Shown piece by piece: positions 54,662-64,000 of a stretch of 64,000 bases of DNA. Numbering within the stretch: the first letter of the stretch is position 1; each line of letters opens with the position of its first letter. The DNA comes from Candidatus Hydrogenedentota bacterium (GTDB lineage: Bacteria; Hydrogenedentota; Hydrogenedentia; Hydrogenedentales; SLHB01). Location: assembly GCA_963674865.2 (NCBI GenBank), contig CAXXYE010000006.1, positions 64,001 through 128,000 of the forward strand. The letters run 5' to 3'. Below the pieces are notes generated by a model. It made no database searches, was not told where the DNA came from, and saw only the letters and a program-made list of their open reading frames with translations. The position numbers were made by a program, and so were the translations under genes.

Positions 54662-56857
54662 ATGAACGAGGGGAAGCAACAGGAGGGCATGGCCCTTGTC
54701 GCGGTCATGTTTGTCGTCATCGTTGTTTTGGGAGCCGTAGCGCTAACGACGCTCCGGGGGCATTCCGCCAGCACATTCGCGGAGATGACCATCAACAATC
54801 TGAAGGCGCGGGAGGTCTGCAAGGCTGGAATTGATCTTGGCGTTTACGAGCTTTGGGGGAAGTACGTGGAGGAGCAGGGCGGTACTCCAGGCAACCTAAC
54901 CTCATATCTCGAGTACCTCGACGGCGTTGTGGCGAGTAGCGACGATCCCAACACATCGCCGACGCCTTTGATCACGCAGCCGCGCGAGTTGAACGGCGGC
55001 GAAGGTCGCGTTCTTGCGTTAACCGTGACGCGGGCTGACGACGTCTCGGGCACAACCTTGACTATCTCGGCAACCGGCGAGTCAGACCTCACGGAGCAGT
55101 CCGCTACTCAACAGACACGTGTGGCAGGCGTGCGCTTCCGGGGATTCGAGTTCTGCGTGCTAGCCAACAACATCAACTGCATTCTTTGCCACGCTACCTT
55201 TCACGCGCAGGACCTCGAAGAGAACATGGACGCATCCCTCTATGGATCTTATGACAGGATCAAGGTGGGCTCGCTGGAGTCGCTGCTTGTCCGGAAGGGC
55301 ACCAACGCCTTTTCCGCAAATTCCGCAGTGGCCGGAACGGTCTACACGCGAGGGAGCGTGCGTAACGAGAATTTCCAAGAGTATTCCGCTGACGGCTTGG
55401 CCACATCGTCATTTACAGGTTACGAGATGGACTCCGCCACCGGCCAACTGGCTCAAGACGGCTCGGGCAATATGATCTCCACCCCGTTCGTGAATGGCGA
55501 AAACGATCCCGAAGGATATCTTCTTCCCTACGCAAATCTTTACATGAATTATCCGACGGACGATACCTTCATGACGGATGGGGAATTGCCGCTCTCGTTT
55601 CCGGCGCCGTTCCCCGACCTCAATGGTGATCGAACTGTGAATGACGACGAGTTCGAGCCCGTCATGGACACGGCCTACCAGAACGCCTCGATCTCCGGGG
55701 GCATTGTGTATGGTGTGCCGGAGGGCGCCACGTATGACGGCGTCGCGTTGCCAAGCGGCTCAAGCAGCAACGGAGCGGCCGCAAGTCTCGCCTCGGGCAA
55801 TTACGACGGCAACGTGATTCTTGTCGGCACCGAGGCCAATCCCATTGAGATCGACGGCGCGGTGGCCATTGACGGGGATCTCGTGATCGCGGGGACAGTC
55901 AAGGGTTGGGGCCAGATCAACGTCCGAAACAACGTCTATATTGTCGGGGACGTGACGTACCAGAATGACACCAGCGAGCCGTTCGGGACGGCGCCGGATG
56001 GCACGGAGAACGGGCTTGCCGTGGCCGCCGGCGGCAGCATCATGATGGGGGATTACCTTACCCGCCGCGCCAAGGACAAGTTGTATTCCTACGACATCTG
56101 GAGCGACTGCTTCGTCGATGTGCGTCAGACGCACAAGACGGTGAACGCATCCGCCTGGCCTTGGCAGCAGGTCTACAAGGACGTCGGATACTTCGACGAC
56201 GATGTCGTGGATCCAGGCGGAAGCGCAACATCCTCAGAAGGCTACATGGAACACAATATGAGCTTCACCGCCTCCGAGTTGAGTCAGTTCAACTTCATCG
56301 AACATGAACTCGCTGCGGCCGATGCCGGCTACGTCCCGCGATACTACCAGTTGCGCGACAGCGCGCCCATCTACGAATACACGGGCCAGGACAATGAAAG
56401 CACCGGCCACGCGCTCGTGTATAACAATCCCTATGTCGAGGCCCTATCTTCCTCAGACTTGGCGCGTGGCGCCATCCATAGTCTGAATCCGGCGGACAAC
56501 TGGCTAACCGAAGATCAACTCAGACAGATCTGGTACAACGACGAAATGAGTCGGCCCGATAGCGGCCGCCCCTTTGAATTTCACGGACTTCTGTATTCGA
56601 ACAACGCCATCTTCTGCATAACACGCAGCAAGACCACCCACAACTCCAACACGAGGGGCCAATTGATCGTTCGGGGCGGCATTGTTACCGCGGATCTAGG
56701 CGTGCTTGTGCCGGGCTGGGACCCCAACGCCATGTCGCGCGATGGCTTCCAGATGTACTACGACCGGCGCGTGGCAAACATGCTTCGGGTGGAGGATCCG
56801 CTGGAGGTCGAATTCACGCGTCATGCCTTCCGGTGGGAACTTCCCGACACAGGTTGA
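54662..56857 (+). CDS. PilX-like N-terminal (prepilin-type leader) large secreted protein
   Basis: QQEG/MALVAVMFVVIVV leader, A...KAGI, TISATG; beta-strand GNV/GD repeats; C-terminal YDRR. Confidence 0.7.
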   Translation: MNEGKQQEGMALVAVMFVVIVVLGAVALTTLRGHSASTFAEMTINNLKAREVCKAGIDLGVYELWGKYVEEQGGTPGNLTSYLEYLDGVVASSDDPNTSPTPLITQPRELNGGEGRVLALTVTRADDVSGTTLTISATGESDLTEQSATQQTRVAGVRFRGFEFCVLANNINCILCHATFHAQDLEENMDASLYGSYDRIKVGSLESLLVRKGTNAFSANSAVAGTVYTRGSVRNENFQEYSADGLATSSFTGYEMDSATGQLAQDGSGNMISTPFVNGENDPEGYLLPYANLYMNYPTDDTFMTDGELPLSFPAPFPDLNGDRTVNDDEFEPVMDTAYQNASISGGIVYGVPEGATYDGVALPSGSSSNGAAASLASGNYDGNVILVGTEANPIEIDGAVAIDGDLVIAGTVKGWGQINVRNNVYIVGDVTYQNDTSEPFGTAPDGTENGLAVAAGGSIMMGDYLTRRAKDKLYSYDIWSDCFVDVRQTHKTVNASAWPWQQVYKDVGYFDDDVVDPGGSATSSEGYMEHNMSFTASELSQFNFIEHELAAADAGYVPRYYQLRDSAPIYEYTGQDNESTGHALVYNNPYVEALSSSDLARGAIHSLNPADNWLTEDQLRQIWYNDEMSRPDSGRPFEFHGLLYSNNAIFCITRSKTTHNSNTRGQLIVRGGIVTADLGVLVPGWDPNAMSRDGFQMYYDRRVANMLRVEDPLEVEFTRHAFRWELPDTG

Positions 56858-56885
56858 GGCAACACAAGAACAGGCAGAGCATATC

Positions 56886-57806
56886 ATGCGGAACGCTATC
56901 CTCTCCGCCTTCGTGGTTTTATCCTTCTCACTCACAGGCGCGGCCGACACTCTGTTCTTCAAGGATGGCAGCTCACTCGAAGGCAAGGTACAACGTGTGA
57001 ACGAGAACACGATCGCGCTCGTTGTCGGCCAAGGGCGCATGCAATTCCAGACTTCGGAAATCGAGCGCATCGAGGAAAACGACAAACAGGGCGACTACCA
57101 ACTTGTCAGCCCTATGGCCACGAGACACGATCGTGCCCTGAAGGCTCGAACGGGATTGACGCGAGAACAGCGAAACTTGGTGCGCCGGCACATTTCAGGA
57201 CTGACATCCGCTAGCGGCGCGGAGCGCTTGGAGGCCCGGAAGGCCCTTATTCAACTTGGCGAGGAGGTCGACATCTTCCCGTTCCTTAAGGAGGCCGCGC
57301 CGTTCTTGCCGGCCGACAGGTCGCCGGAGGTGCTTCGGGTCCTTTGGGAACTCGATCCTAAGAGGGCAAAGCCCGTTTTGATGGAGATGACGACGAACGC
57401 CCTTTCGACTAACCGAGCGCAGGCGCTCGAACTCATGTGCACGGATGAAAAGGCCGACGAGTCCGCGCGGACGCAACTGGCGCAGTTGGTGGCACGGGGC
57501 ATGGTGGATCCGTCAGCGGATGTTCGGATCGCCGCAGCGAAGGGCCTTGGCGCTTTGGGCGCCAAGGGCGCAACTCCCGCTCTCATTGAGGGGGCCAGAA
57601 GTTCCAATCCGCGACTGCAAGGGGCATGCAAAGAAGCGCTCGAGAAAATCTGGCGCATTGATCCGAATCTGGCCGAGGGTATGGATTGGGACACGTTGTG
57701 GAATGATAACAAGCAGATCGTCAGGGAGCCTCTTCAGTGTGATTCTTTGGAGCCTTTGTACAAGCCGGAGGTCGAAGGACAAGCCCCTTACTTCCTAGCG
57801 CGCTGA
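56886..57806 (+). CDS. Secreted HEAT-repeat protein
   Basis: Signal peptide, ADTLFFKDGSSLEGKV, DP..DVR.AAA..LG HEAT repeats. Confidence 0.75.
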   Translation: MRNAILSAFVVLSFSLTGAADTLFFKDGSSLEGKVQRVNENTIALVVGQGRMQFQTSEIERIEENDKQGDYQLVSPMATRHDRALKARTGLTREQRNLVRRHISGLTSASGAERLEARKALIQLGEEVDIFPFLKEAAPFLPADRSPEVLRVLWELDPKRAKPVLMEMTTNALSTNRAQALELMCTDEKADESARTQLAQLVARGMVDPSADVRIAAAKGLGALGAKGATPALIEGARSSNPRLQGACKEALEKIWRIDPNLAEGMDWDTLWNDNKQIVREPLQCDSLEPLYKPEVEGQAPYFLAR

Positions 57807-58273
57807 TACGCAGGTACTTATCCCGTCTGCCGCAAGCTTGCACCACACCTACGGCCCGATGGCGATGCACGCAAAGTATATGACGCCGTGGTACATGTAG
57901 TGATAATCTGGAAAATCCATGCTCGCGTGTTCCAAGCACGAGTTCCCCCCGTCCTTGTTTGTCGGTTTGAGCGTGATGGCCCTGTGCGCCACTCCTTTGG
58001 AAATCGATCCTTTCCCCGTTTGTCTCTCGCGTGAAACGACAGCCCCGCCGGCCGGCAACGCAACGCGTCCCAGCGCCGGCTCCCGGGATGAAGGCGTAGA
58101 CACTTTTTGAGCCGGGAGCAGGGCACATCACGCGCGCAGTTGAGCGCCACATACACAGCCGATAGAGGCCATCAGATGAATCGACCACATCCGCTCGTAC
58201 ATTGCGAATCCGGCAGCATCTAGGGACGCCCACCCCAACCGCGTCGTCGTATCCTGAAGCGATCCCCGGCTCG

Positions 58274-58474
58274 CTAGAGGGGACGCACGTCTCGGGCTTC
58301 GGGCCCTTTTCGGCCGGGCCCAACTTCGAACTCTACGCGCTGGTTATCCGAGAGCCTTTGGTCGGGCGTTTGGACATTGGAGCGATGGACGAAGACGTCA
58401 TCGCTGGAATCGTCGGGGCTGATGAACCCAAACCCTTTTTGATCGTTGAAGAACTTCACGGTGCCTGTCGCCAA
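58274..58474 (-). CDS. Cold-shock protein (CspA family)
   Basis: GTVKFFN..KGFGFI, DVFVH, GP.A..V; TTG start. Confidence 0.95.
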   Translation of the reverse strand: MATGTVKFFNDQKGFGFISPDDSSDDVFVHRSNVQTPDQRLSDNQRVEFEVGPGRKGPEARDVRPL

Positions 58475-58539
58475 TGATATACACTCCAGTTAGGGGTCGT
58501 GGGACGGCGAAAACCGACGTGTTCTCACCCTCACACAGA

Positions 58540-58689
58540 CTATTCTTCCTCTTCTTGTGTCTCTTCCGCTACGCCATCTTCCTCGGGAGGGTGGTTCTTG
58601 GCCAGCTTGCGCTGCCTCTTCTCTTCTTTCTTCTTCTTCTTCGCCAGCTCTTTCTGGCGCTTTGCATAGCTATACTTATTCCGTGCCAA
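58540..58689 (-). CDS. Small Lys-rich/acidic-tail protein (49 aa), not in the ORF track
   Basis: GGAGGTG RBS, TTG start: MARNKYSYAKRQKELAKKKKKEEKRQRKLAKNHPPEEDGVAEETQEEEE. Confidence 0.75.
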   Translation of the reverse strand: MARNKYSYAKRQKELAKKKKKEEKRQRKLAKNHPPEEDGVAEETQEEEE

Positions 58690-59057
58690 TGCTGTCACCT
58701 CCCTCGGATTGCCCGCCGTTCACTGAGGATAAGGCCCACCCTCCGTGTTGATGGTTTCCTGCCAATGAACTTGCCTGAAAATGCCGTCGGCGGCCGCTGT
58801 CCTGAGGCCAAGTGCCGCCGCATCAGGCAAACCAGGACTCATCCACGTCCCGAAACGCGCCACCGGCATGTATCAAGTACCATAGGCTGCGTCGTGTCAT
58901 AATGCAAATTACTCCAAGAACCGCACGTAGCCTTGCTATGCCGGCACCCATCTCAGAGTCCGGTGCGAGACTACATGAGGCGGCCCCCTTAAACAGCTTG
59001 AAACACACGCGGGACACCCGCTATGTTCTGCTCATTCAATCCGGGAGTCCAAAATTT

Positions 59058-59807
59058 ATGAGAAACTGGCTGGGTGTGGCAACGGGCGTGGCGCTTTCGC
59101 TTGCAGGATGCGCCACCACGCTTCCGAAGATAGACGTCGCTGAACAATCTGGGATTCCTACCGGCTTCATTAACAAGAGCCTCATGACAGAGGACAAACG
59201 GCGGCCCTATGTCGTTTACGTGCCGCGAGACTATGATCCTCGGAAACCTTGGCCCCTTATTCTGTTCCTGCACGGCGCGGGCGAACGGGGCGATGACGGC
59301 CTCCGACAAACCGAGGTCGGCATCGGCCACGCCGTTAGGCTGTCGCCAAAGGGCTTTCCCTGTTTGGTCGTCATGCCGCAGTGTCCTGAGAAGGTGTGGT
59401 GGGACGCCGTGGCCTCGGATATCGAGACTGCTCTCACGCAGACGCTCGGCGAGTACAACGTCGACCCGCAGCGCATCTACCTGACGGGCCTGTCCATGGG
59501 GGGCTTCGCCACCTGGATGCTCGGCGCGCAGAAACCGGAGGTCTTTGCCGCACTGATGCCTATCTGCGGCGGCGGCAACATCGAAGACGCTCCCGCCTTG
59601 GCCTCGACACCCATCTGGGCGTTTCACGGCGCCGATGATCTGACAGTCCCGCCCGAGAAATCACGCGAGATGGTGGACGCCGTCAGGGAAGCCGGCGGCA
59701 GCGTCAAATACACCGAGTTCCCCGAGACAGGGCACAATTCGTGGGACAAGGCCTACGGCGATCCCAAGGCCATTAGCTGGCTCCTCAAACAGAAGAAGCC
59801 GCAATAG
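59058..59807 (+). CDS. Alpha/beta hydrolase lipoprotein (predicted peptidase/esterase)
   Basis: LAGC lipobox, FLHGAGERG, TGLSMGG, FHGADD, GHNSW. Confidence 0.9.
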   Translation: MRNWLGVATGVALSLAGCATTLPKIDVAEQSGIPTGFINKSLMTEDKRRPYVVYVPRDYDPRKPWPLILFLHGAGERGDDGLRQTEVGIGHAVRLSPKGFPCLVVMPQCPEKVWWDAVASDIETALTQTLGEYNVDPQRIYLTGLSMGGFATWMLGAQKPEVFAALMPICGGGNIEDAPALASTPIWAFHGADDLTVPPEKSREMVDAVREAGGSVKYTEFPETGHNSWDKAYGDPKAISWLLKQKKPQ

Positions 59808-59829
59808 GGGGCGCCTCGGCATCCCGAGC

Positions 59830-59854
59830 CCGTCGGGCCGCCGCGGCCCGACGG
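59830..59854. terminator. GC hairpin between convergent genes
   Basis: CCGTCGGGCCG-ccg-CGGCCCGACGG perfect 11-bp stem. Confidence 0.55.
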
Positions 59855-60025
59855 ACAGGGCGGTTCAGCAGACATTACTTGGTGCGCCCTGCGCTGACGT
59901 CGCTAGGGGTGCGGCCAGAAAGCCACCGAATAACGGGGACCGACAATTCCGGACATTGAGACAAAAAGACTTACAAGTGCTTTCTGGCCGCATCCCGCCA
60001 GGAACCGCATTTTCAGGCCAGGCCT

Positions 60026-60748
60026 CTAGGCCAGATCGCCTTCCCGAAGGATGTCGTTGATAATCGCGCCCGCCGCGGTCAGGCCGATCAAGCCGGGGAC
60101 GTACGATATCGTTCCCTGCGCGCGGTCGTCTTCCTGCTGAGGGGCCCCTCCTGCCTTCCCTGAGAGCGGAGTCGCCTCGCAGTAGACACATCGCACGCCG
60201 GAGCTGACGCCCTGCTTCCTCAATCCAAGCCGGACGGCTCGAGCCAGTGGGCAATGCCGCGTCGCGCCGATGTCCGCCACGGCCACGCCGCCCGGCGCCA
60301 GCCGCCGCGCCGCTCCCATGCACGACACGAATCGGACGCCACGCGCGCGCAAGGCCAGGAGAAGATGAATCTTCGCCTTGACGTCGTCGATGGCGTCAAC
60401 GGCGAATTCGAGCGCCTCGGGCAGCATATCCTTCGCATTGTCCGGAGTCACTTGGACTTGGGCGACTGTGACGGCCACATCCGGATTGATCTTCAGGATG
60501 CGTTCGCGTGCCGCCACCACCTTCGGAACACCGAGAGCGTCCTCCGTAGCGAGAATCTGACGGTTCAGATTGCTGGCCTCGATCACGTCGGAATCGACTA
60601 GATGGATATGCCCGGCACCGGCTCTCGCCAAGGCTTCAAGGGCATAGCCGCCTACACCGCCCAAGCCAAACACGGCAACGTGGGCGTTCGCCAGTCTTGC
60701 CAGGCCGGCATCGCCCACGAGTGAACGCGTCCTCGAGAAACGTGTCAT
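60026..60748 (-). CDS. tcdA: tRNA threonylcarbamoyladenosine dehydratase (ThiF family)
   Basis: FGLGGVG, SNLNRQ, DAID, SCMGA, CPLAR.VR, GTISYVP. Confidence 0.9.
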   Translation of the reverse strand: MTRFSRTRSLVGDAGLARLANAHVAVFGLGGVGGYALEALARAGAGHIHLVDSDVIEASNLNRQILATEDALGVPKVVAARERILKINPDVAVTVAQVQVTPDNAKDMLPEALEFAVDAIDDVKAKIHLLLALRARGVRFVSCMGAARRLAPGGVAVADIGATRHCPLARAVRLGLRKQGVSSGVRCVYCEATPLSGKAGGAPQQEDDRAQGTISYVPGLIGLTAAGAIINDILREGDLA

Positions 60749-60751
60749 CAG

Positions 60752-61531
60752 CTACAGCTCCAGATCGAAGAGCCGGGCGGCGTTGGCCGTCGTCCGCGCC
60801 GCGACGACTTCTTCCGACACGCCCAGGATCTCTGCCGCCGCACGCAGGTTGCGGGTGATGTTCGCCGGAACGTTCGGCGCGCCGGTCAATCCCACCGGCG
60901 GCATATCGGGACTATCCGTTTCGAGCAGGAAATGATCGGGGAAGATGCGCCGAAGAACGCGCTCGCGCTTGCGGCTGTTGCGATACGTCAGCGTGCCGCC
61001 CAGCGAGCAGGCAAATCCCAGGGCGACGCACTCGTTCGCGACCTCGATGCTCCCCGAGAAAGCATGGATCATCCCGCCGCGCCGCGGCAAACCCATCCGC
61101 CTGACGATCTCGAACAGATCGTTGAAGGCGCCCCGGCAATGCACGACAATGGGCAGATCGATCTCAATCGCGATCTCGAGTTGAGCCCGGAAGAGGTCCA
61201 TCTGAAGTACAAGAGGAGGAGAATCAACCTTCCTGTCCAAGCCGATCTCGCCAATGGCCTTCGCGCCACAGGCGCGAGCATCCCCGAGGGGGCCTAGAGC
61301 ATCCCGGTGCTCGGGCTCGACGTACCAGGGATGAATGCCCAATGCGCATTCGATGGCGTCGTGCTGCTCCGCCAGCGCCCGGCAGGCGCCCCAGTCCTCC
61401 GGCGAAGCCGCGGCCGTCACGAGTTTCACAACGCCTGCGCCCGCGGCCTCATCGAGGATATCCTCGATAGGCCGGCCGAAATCATCACTTTGCAGATGAC
61501 AATGTGCGTCGACGAGTTGCATGGTGAGCAA
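60752..61531 (-). CDS. tatD: TatD family DNase
   Basis: DAHCH, GIHPW, IGEIGLD, VHCR, IHAFSGS, LETDSP. Confidence 0.92.
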   Translation of the reverse strand: MLTMQLVDAHCHLQSDDFGRPIEDILDEAAGAGVVKLVTAAASPEDWGACRALAEQHDAIECALGIHPWYVEPEHRDALGPLGDARACGAKAIGEIGLDRKVDSPPLVLQMDLFRAQLEIAIEIDLPIVVHCRGAFNDLFEIVRRMGLPRRGGMIHAFSGSIEVANECVALGFACSLGGTLTYRNSRKRERVLRRIFPDHFLLETDSPDMPPVGLTGAPNVPANITRNLRAAAEILGVSEEVVAARTTANAARLFDLEL

Positions 61532-61717
61532 ACACTAGCGCAGCCGGCGCGGCGCTTCAACACAAGGCCTTGGGAGAGCTCGGAACGTGATCCGGCGCGG
61601 CCATGCAGAACTTCTCATCGATCGCCGTACAAAGGCTTTTGATTGATACATTTGACTCTGATAAGCTGGATTTTTGTCCCATTCTTGGCGCATTCAGGAT
61701 AGAAATCGGTGCGGACT

Positions 61718-63175
61718 ATGAGCAATTGGACAAGTCTCTCCAAAGCCGTCGCGGGCTGTCTCATCGCATTGGCCCTACTCGTCCAGTGCTCGCATCCCCC
61801 ATCCGAGATCGCGGCACCCGTCGCCGAGTCCGAGGTTGACGCCGCTTCCGACGCGAAGCCTAACGTTGTGCTCGTGGTGATCGACGCCTTACGGGCGGAT
61901 CGACTGACGGCACAGCGGAACGGCATCGCCTTGATGCCCCGCCTCGCCGAGTTCGCGGCGGACTCCTGGTGGTTCACGTGCGCTTCGACTCAGTCCACGT
62001 GGACGAAGCCTTCGATGGTCAGCCTGTTCACATCGCTGTATCCAGGCGTCCACAATGTGCAGTTCGGCGCATCGCACCGGATTGCCGAAGGCCAGGAGAT
62101 GTCAGTGGACATACTCCCGGAAACGCTCGACACCATGGCGGAGTGCTTCAAACGCGCAGGCTATGAGACGGCGGCGATGCAGGCCAACGCCAATGTCAAG
62201 GGCGCCTTTGGCTTCAAGCAGGGATTCGACTCGTACCGCTTCGACGCCTATCCCGAGTTTCGGGCGCGGGAGATCACGCAGGCCGCCATGGCGCACTTCG
62301 AGTCGGCCAAAGGGCCGCTTTTCCTATACTTGCACTATATGGAGCCGCACGCGCCTTACGATCCTCCGGTAGAGTACCTCGACCGCTTCGAGCCGCTGCC
62401 GCCGGTTTCGCCGGAGGAGCGAAGGCAGATTGACAGCCAGTACTTCGATTACTACGGCGACAAGGTGCAGCATGATTTGGGCCTCCGGGAAGAGCGGAAG
62501 TTCGCGGACTGGACGGAGGCAGGCCGTGAATACGTCCGCGTCAAGTACGATGCCGAAGTGCGCTACGCCGATGAGGAGGTGGGGCGTCTCCTCGCCTTCA
62601 TTCGAGAGAGCAGACCAAACACCGTGGTCGTCGTATTGGCCGATCACGGGGAAGAGCTATGGGAACATGGCTCCGTCGGCCACGGCAGGACGCTATACCA
62701 GGAGTTGCTCGCCGTCCCGCTCATCATGTCCTTCCCGGGGGAAAAGGCCCGGCGCATCGAGGCGCCCGTCGAACTCATCGACGTGCTGCCCACCTTGGCC
62801 GCACGAGTCCATCTTGAGAAGTCCGAACTCTGGCAGGGGCGCGATCTCGCGAGCCCGCTCCCCGCGGCGCGCCCCGTGTTCGCACAAACCATGACATCCT
62901 TGAGGGAGGCAGACGTGCATCTCGAAGCGGTGCTCCAGGGCGATGACAAACTGATCGCCGATATGCGCCGACAGAATGAGTTGCTCTTCCGCTTGCTGCG
63001 CGATCCTACCGAGCACACGCCGGTTAAGGAGGACGCCCGCGAAGCGCAACTGAAGACGCTCCTTACGGCGCATGATGCCGAGAACGAACATCACCCGGCC
63101 TATACGCCTCCGGGCTCCGCAGCCAGGCTTGACCAAGAGAGCATCGAGCAACTGAAGTCTCAAGGCTATCTCTAG
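61718..63175 (+). CDS. Sulfatase-like hydrolase/transferase (alkaline phosphatase superfamily), secreted
   Basis: PNVVLVVIDALRAD, STWTKPSM.SLFTSLYP, HYMEPHAPY, ADHGEEL.EHG..GH, LKSQGYL. Confidence 0.88.
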   Translation: MSNWTSLSKAVAGCLIALALLVQCSHPPSEIAAPVAESEVDAASDAKPNVVLVVIDALRADRLTAQRNGIALMPRLAEFAADSWWFTCASTQSTWTKPSMVSLFTSLYPGVHNVQFGASHRIAEGQEMSVDILPETLDTMAECFKRAGYETAAMQANANVKGAFGFKQGFDSYRFDAYPEFRAREITQAAMAHFESAKGPLFLYLHYMEPHAPYDPPVEYLDRFEPLPPVSPEERRQIDSQYFDYYGDKVQHDLGLREERKFADWTEAGREYVRVKYDAEVRYADEEVGRLLAFIRESRPNTVVVVLADHGEELWEHGSVGHGRTLYQELLAVPLIMSFPGEKARRIEAPVELIDVLPTLAARVHLEKSELWQGRDLASPLPAARPVFAQTMTSLREADVHLEAVLQGDDKLIADMRRQNELLFRLLRDPTEHTPVKEDAREAQLKTLLTAHDAENEHHPAYTPPGSAARLDQESIEQLKSQGYL

Positions 63176-63226
63176 CGAGTACCAGGTTTCCAACGTTGGC
63201 GCAGTCACAGCAAGAAGGGGATTGAT

Positions 63227-64000
63227 GTGTCTAAAGCACTGGTGATTCTGGGGATAGTACTGGCCTCATCCGTCGCGTCCGGGGAGACGCTAACCTACGC
63301 CGATCTCGCCGGCCGGCTGACAGACCTCGAACGCTTGGCCGTGTTGCCTGAACCGGGCGAAACTTGCGCTCAGTGGTCGAGCTATGACCGCGCAAGCCAA
63401 TTTGACGCCGGGCCGGGCCGGTATGTCCACTGGGACGCCAACGGCGACGGGGGCTGCGTCATCCGCGAGGAGGACGGCATGCTGGTGCTCGCCGAGATGA
63501 CGGGGCCGGGCTGCATCTGGCGAATCTGGTCGGCCAGGCCCGAGAAGGGCCGCGTCAAGATCTTCCTCGACGGCGCGGAAGCACCCGCCGTCGATCTACC
63601 TTTCGCCAGCTATTTCGACGGCAACAATCCACCCTTCAATCGGCCGGCGCTGGTGCACACCACGGCGAGCGGCTGCAACGCATACGTGCCCATACCGTAC
63701 CAGAAGTCCTGCAAGGTGGTCGCCGAGCCCGGCTGGGGGGCCTACTATCATTTCACGTATAGCACCTTTCCCGAGGGGACAAAGGTGCTGGGCTTTACGC
63801 GTGAACTTGACGCCGGTGCGGCCGCGGCCCTCGATGCCGCGGACAAGGCACTGTCGGCATGCGGGATGGATCCCGCGGCGGAGCGCCCCGGGCAGCGGCG
63901 GCTGACGCAGGCCATGATATTGGAGCCGGGCAAGTCCGCCACGCTCGCCAAGTTGGAGGGCCCCCGCGCCATCACGGGCATCCGTATCAAGGTGGACCTC
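63227..64000 (+). CDS. DUF2961 (GH172-like) secreted protein, runs off the window end
   Basis: Translated by hand from GTG 63227: MSKALVILGIVLASSVASG..SSYDRAS..WDANGD..GPGCIWRIWSA..YVPIPYQKSCKV. Confidence 0.85.
   Translation, partial: MSKALVILGIVLASSVASGETLTYADLAGRLTDLERLAVLPEPGETCAQWSSYDRASQFDAGPGRYVHWDANGDGGCVIREEDGMLVLAEMTGPGCIWRIWSARPEKGRVKIFLDGAEAPAVDLPFASYFDGNNPPFNRPALVHTTASGCNAYVPIPYQKSCKVVAEPGWGAYYHFTYSTFPEGTKVLGFTRELDAGAAAALDAADKALSACGMDPAAERPGQRRLTQAMILEPGKSATLAKLEGPRAITGIRIKVDL

Noticed and set aside
57849..57920. Possible 23-aa peptide MDFPDYHYMYHGVIYFACIAIGP, with TAG read-through to VWCKL
   Set aside because: No convincing RBS, no recognisable family and no evidence for recoding.
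58474..58902. Plus-strand ORF with a hydrophobic Phe/Leu stretch resembling a membrane protein
   Set aside because: It is the reverse complement of the Lys/Glu codons of the 49-aa minus-strand gene, which has the RBS.
1..64000. CRISPR array, rRNA, integrase or prophage genes
   Set aside because: No regularly spaced repeats, rRNA-like tracts or recognisable phage, integrase or cas proteins were seen by eye.

Overview
GC-rich bacterial chromosomal segment with about 57 protein-coding genes, one tRNA-Gln(TTG) and one IS30-family element. The diderm and carbohydrate-scavenging gene content and the transmembrane ECF fusion are reminiscent of PVC or Hydrogenedentota-like lineages, but that is inference only. 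Housekeeping blocks: folC-accD-Zn-ribbon, tRNA-Gln-prs-rplY-pth-ilvN, acpP-fabF-rnc-hppA, nnrD-thiL and tatD-tcdA. These are interspersed with sugar and sulfate catabolic genes (GH2, DUF1080, a GH-A clan enzyme, two sulfatase-fold proteins, two Gfo/Idh/MocA, SDR, MDR, aldolase, DUF2961). Two accessory loci stand out. (1) 43.2-45.6 kb: a lower-GC, tightly coupled three-gene cassette (TIGR04255-like protein, an unknown protein with an acidic disordered N-terminus, and a stand-alone cytoplasmic ComEC-type metallo-beta-lactamase-fold hydrolase) with its own promoter, a candidate undescribed defence or toxin-antitoxin-chaperone-like system. (2) 0-3 kb: a divergent UvsE-like endonuclease and spore-photoproduct-lyase-like radical SAM pair with an SOS-box-like palindrome between them, and probably a second SPL-like paralog cut off by the window edge. 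Other points: an ECF sigma-TM-extracellular fusion with an internal RBS, a membrane PPase with two gate glutamates, a PilX-like protein with CxxCH, a 49-aa basic ORF before csp that the ORF track missed, and a candidate structured RNA. All family assignments are by motif recognition; no database searches were run.
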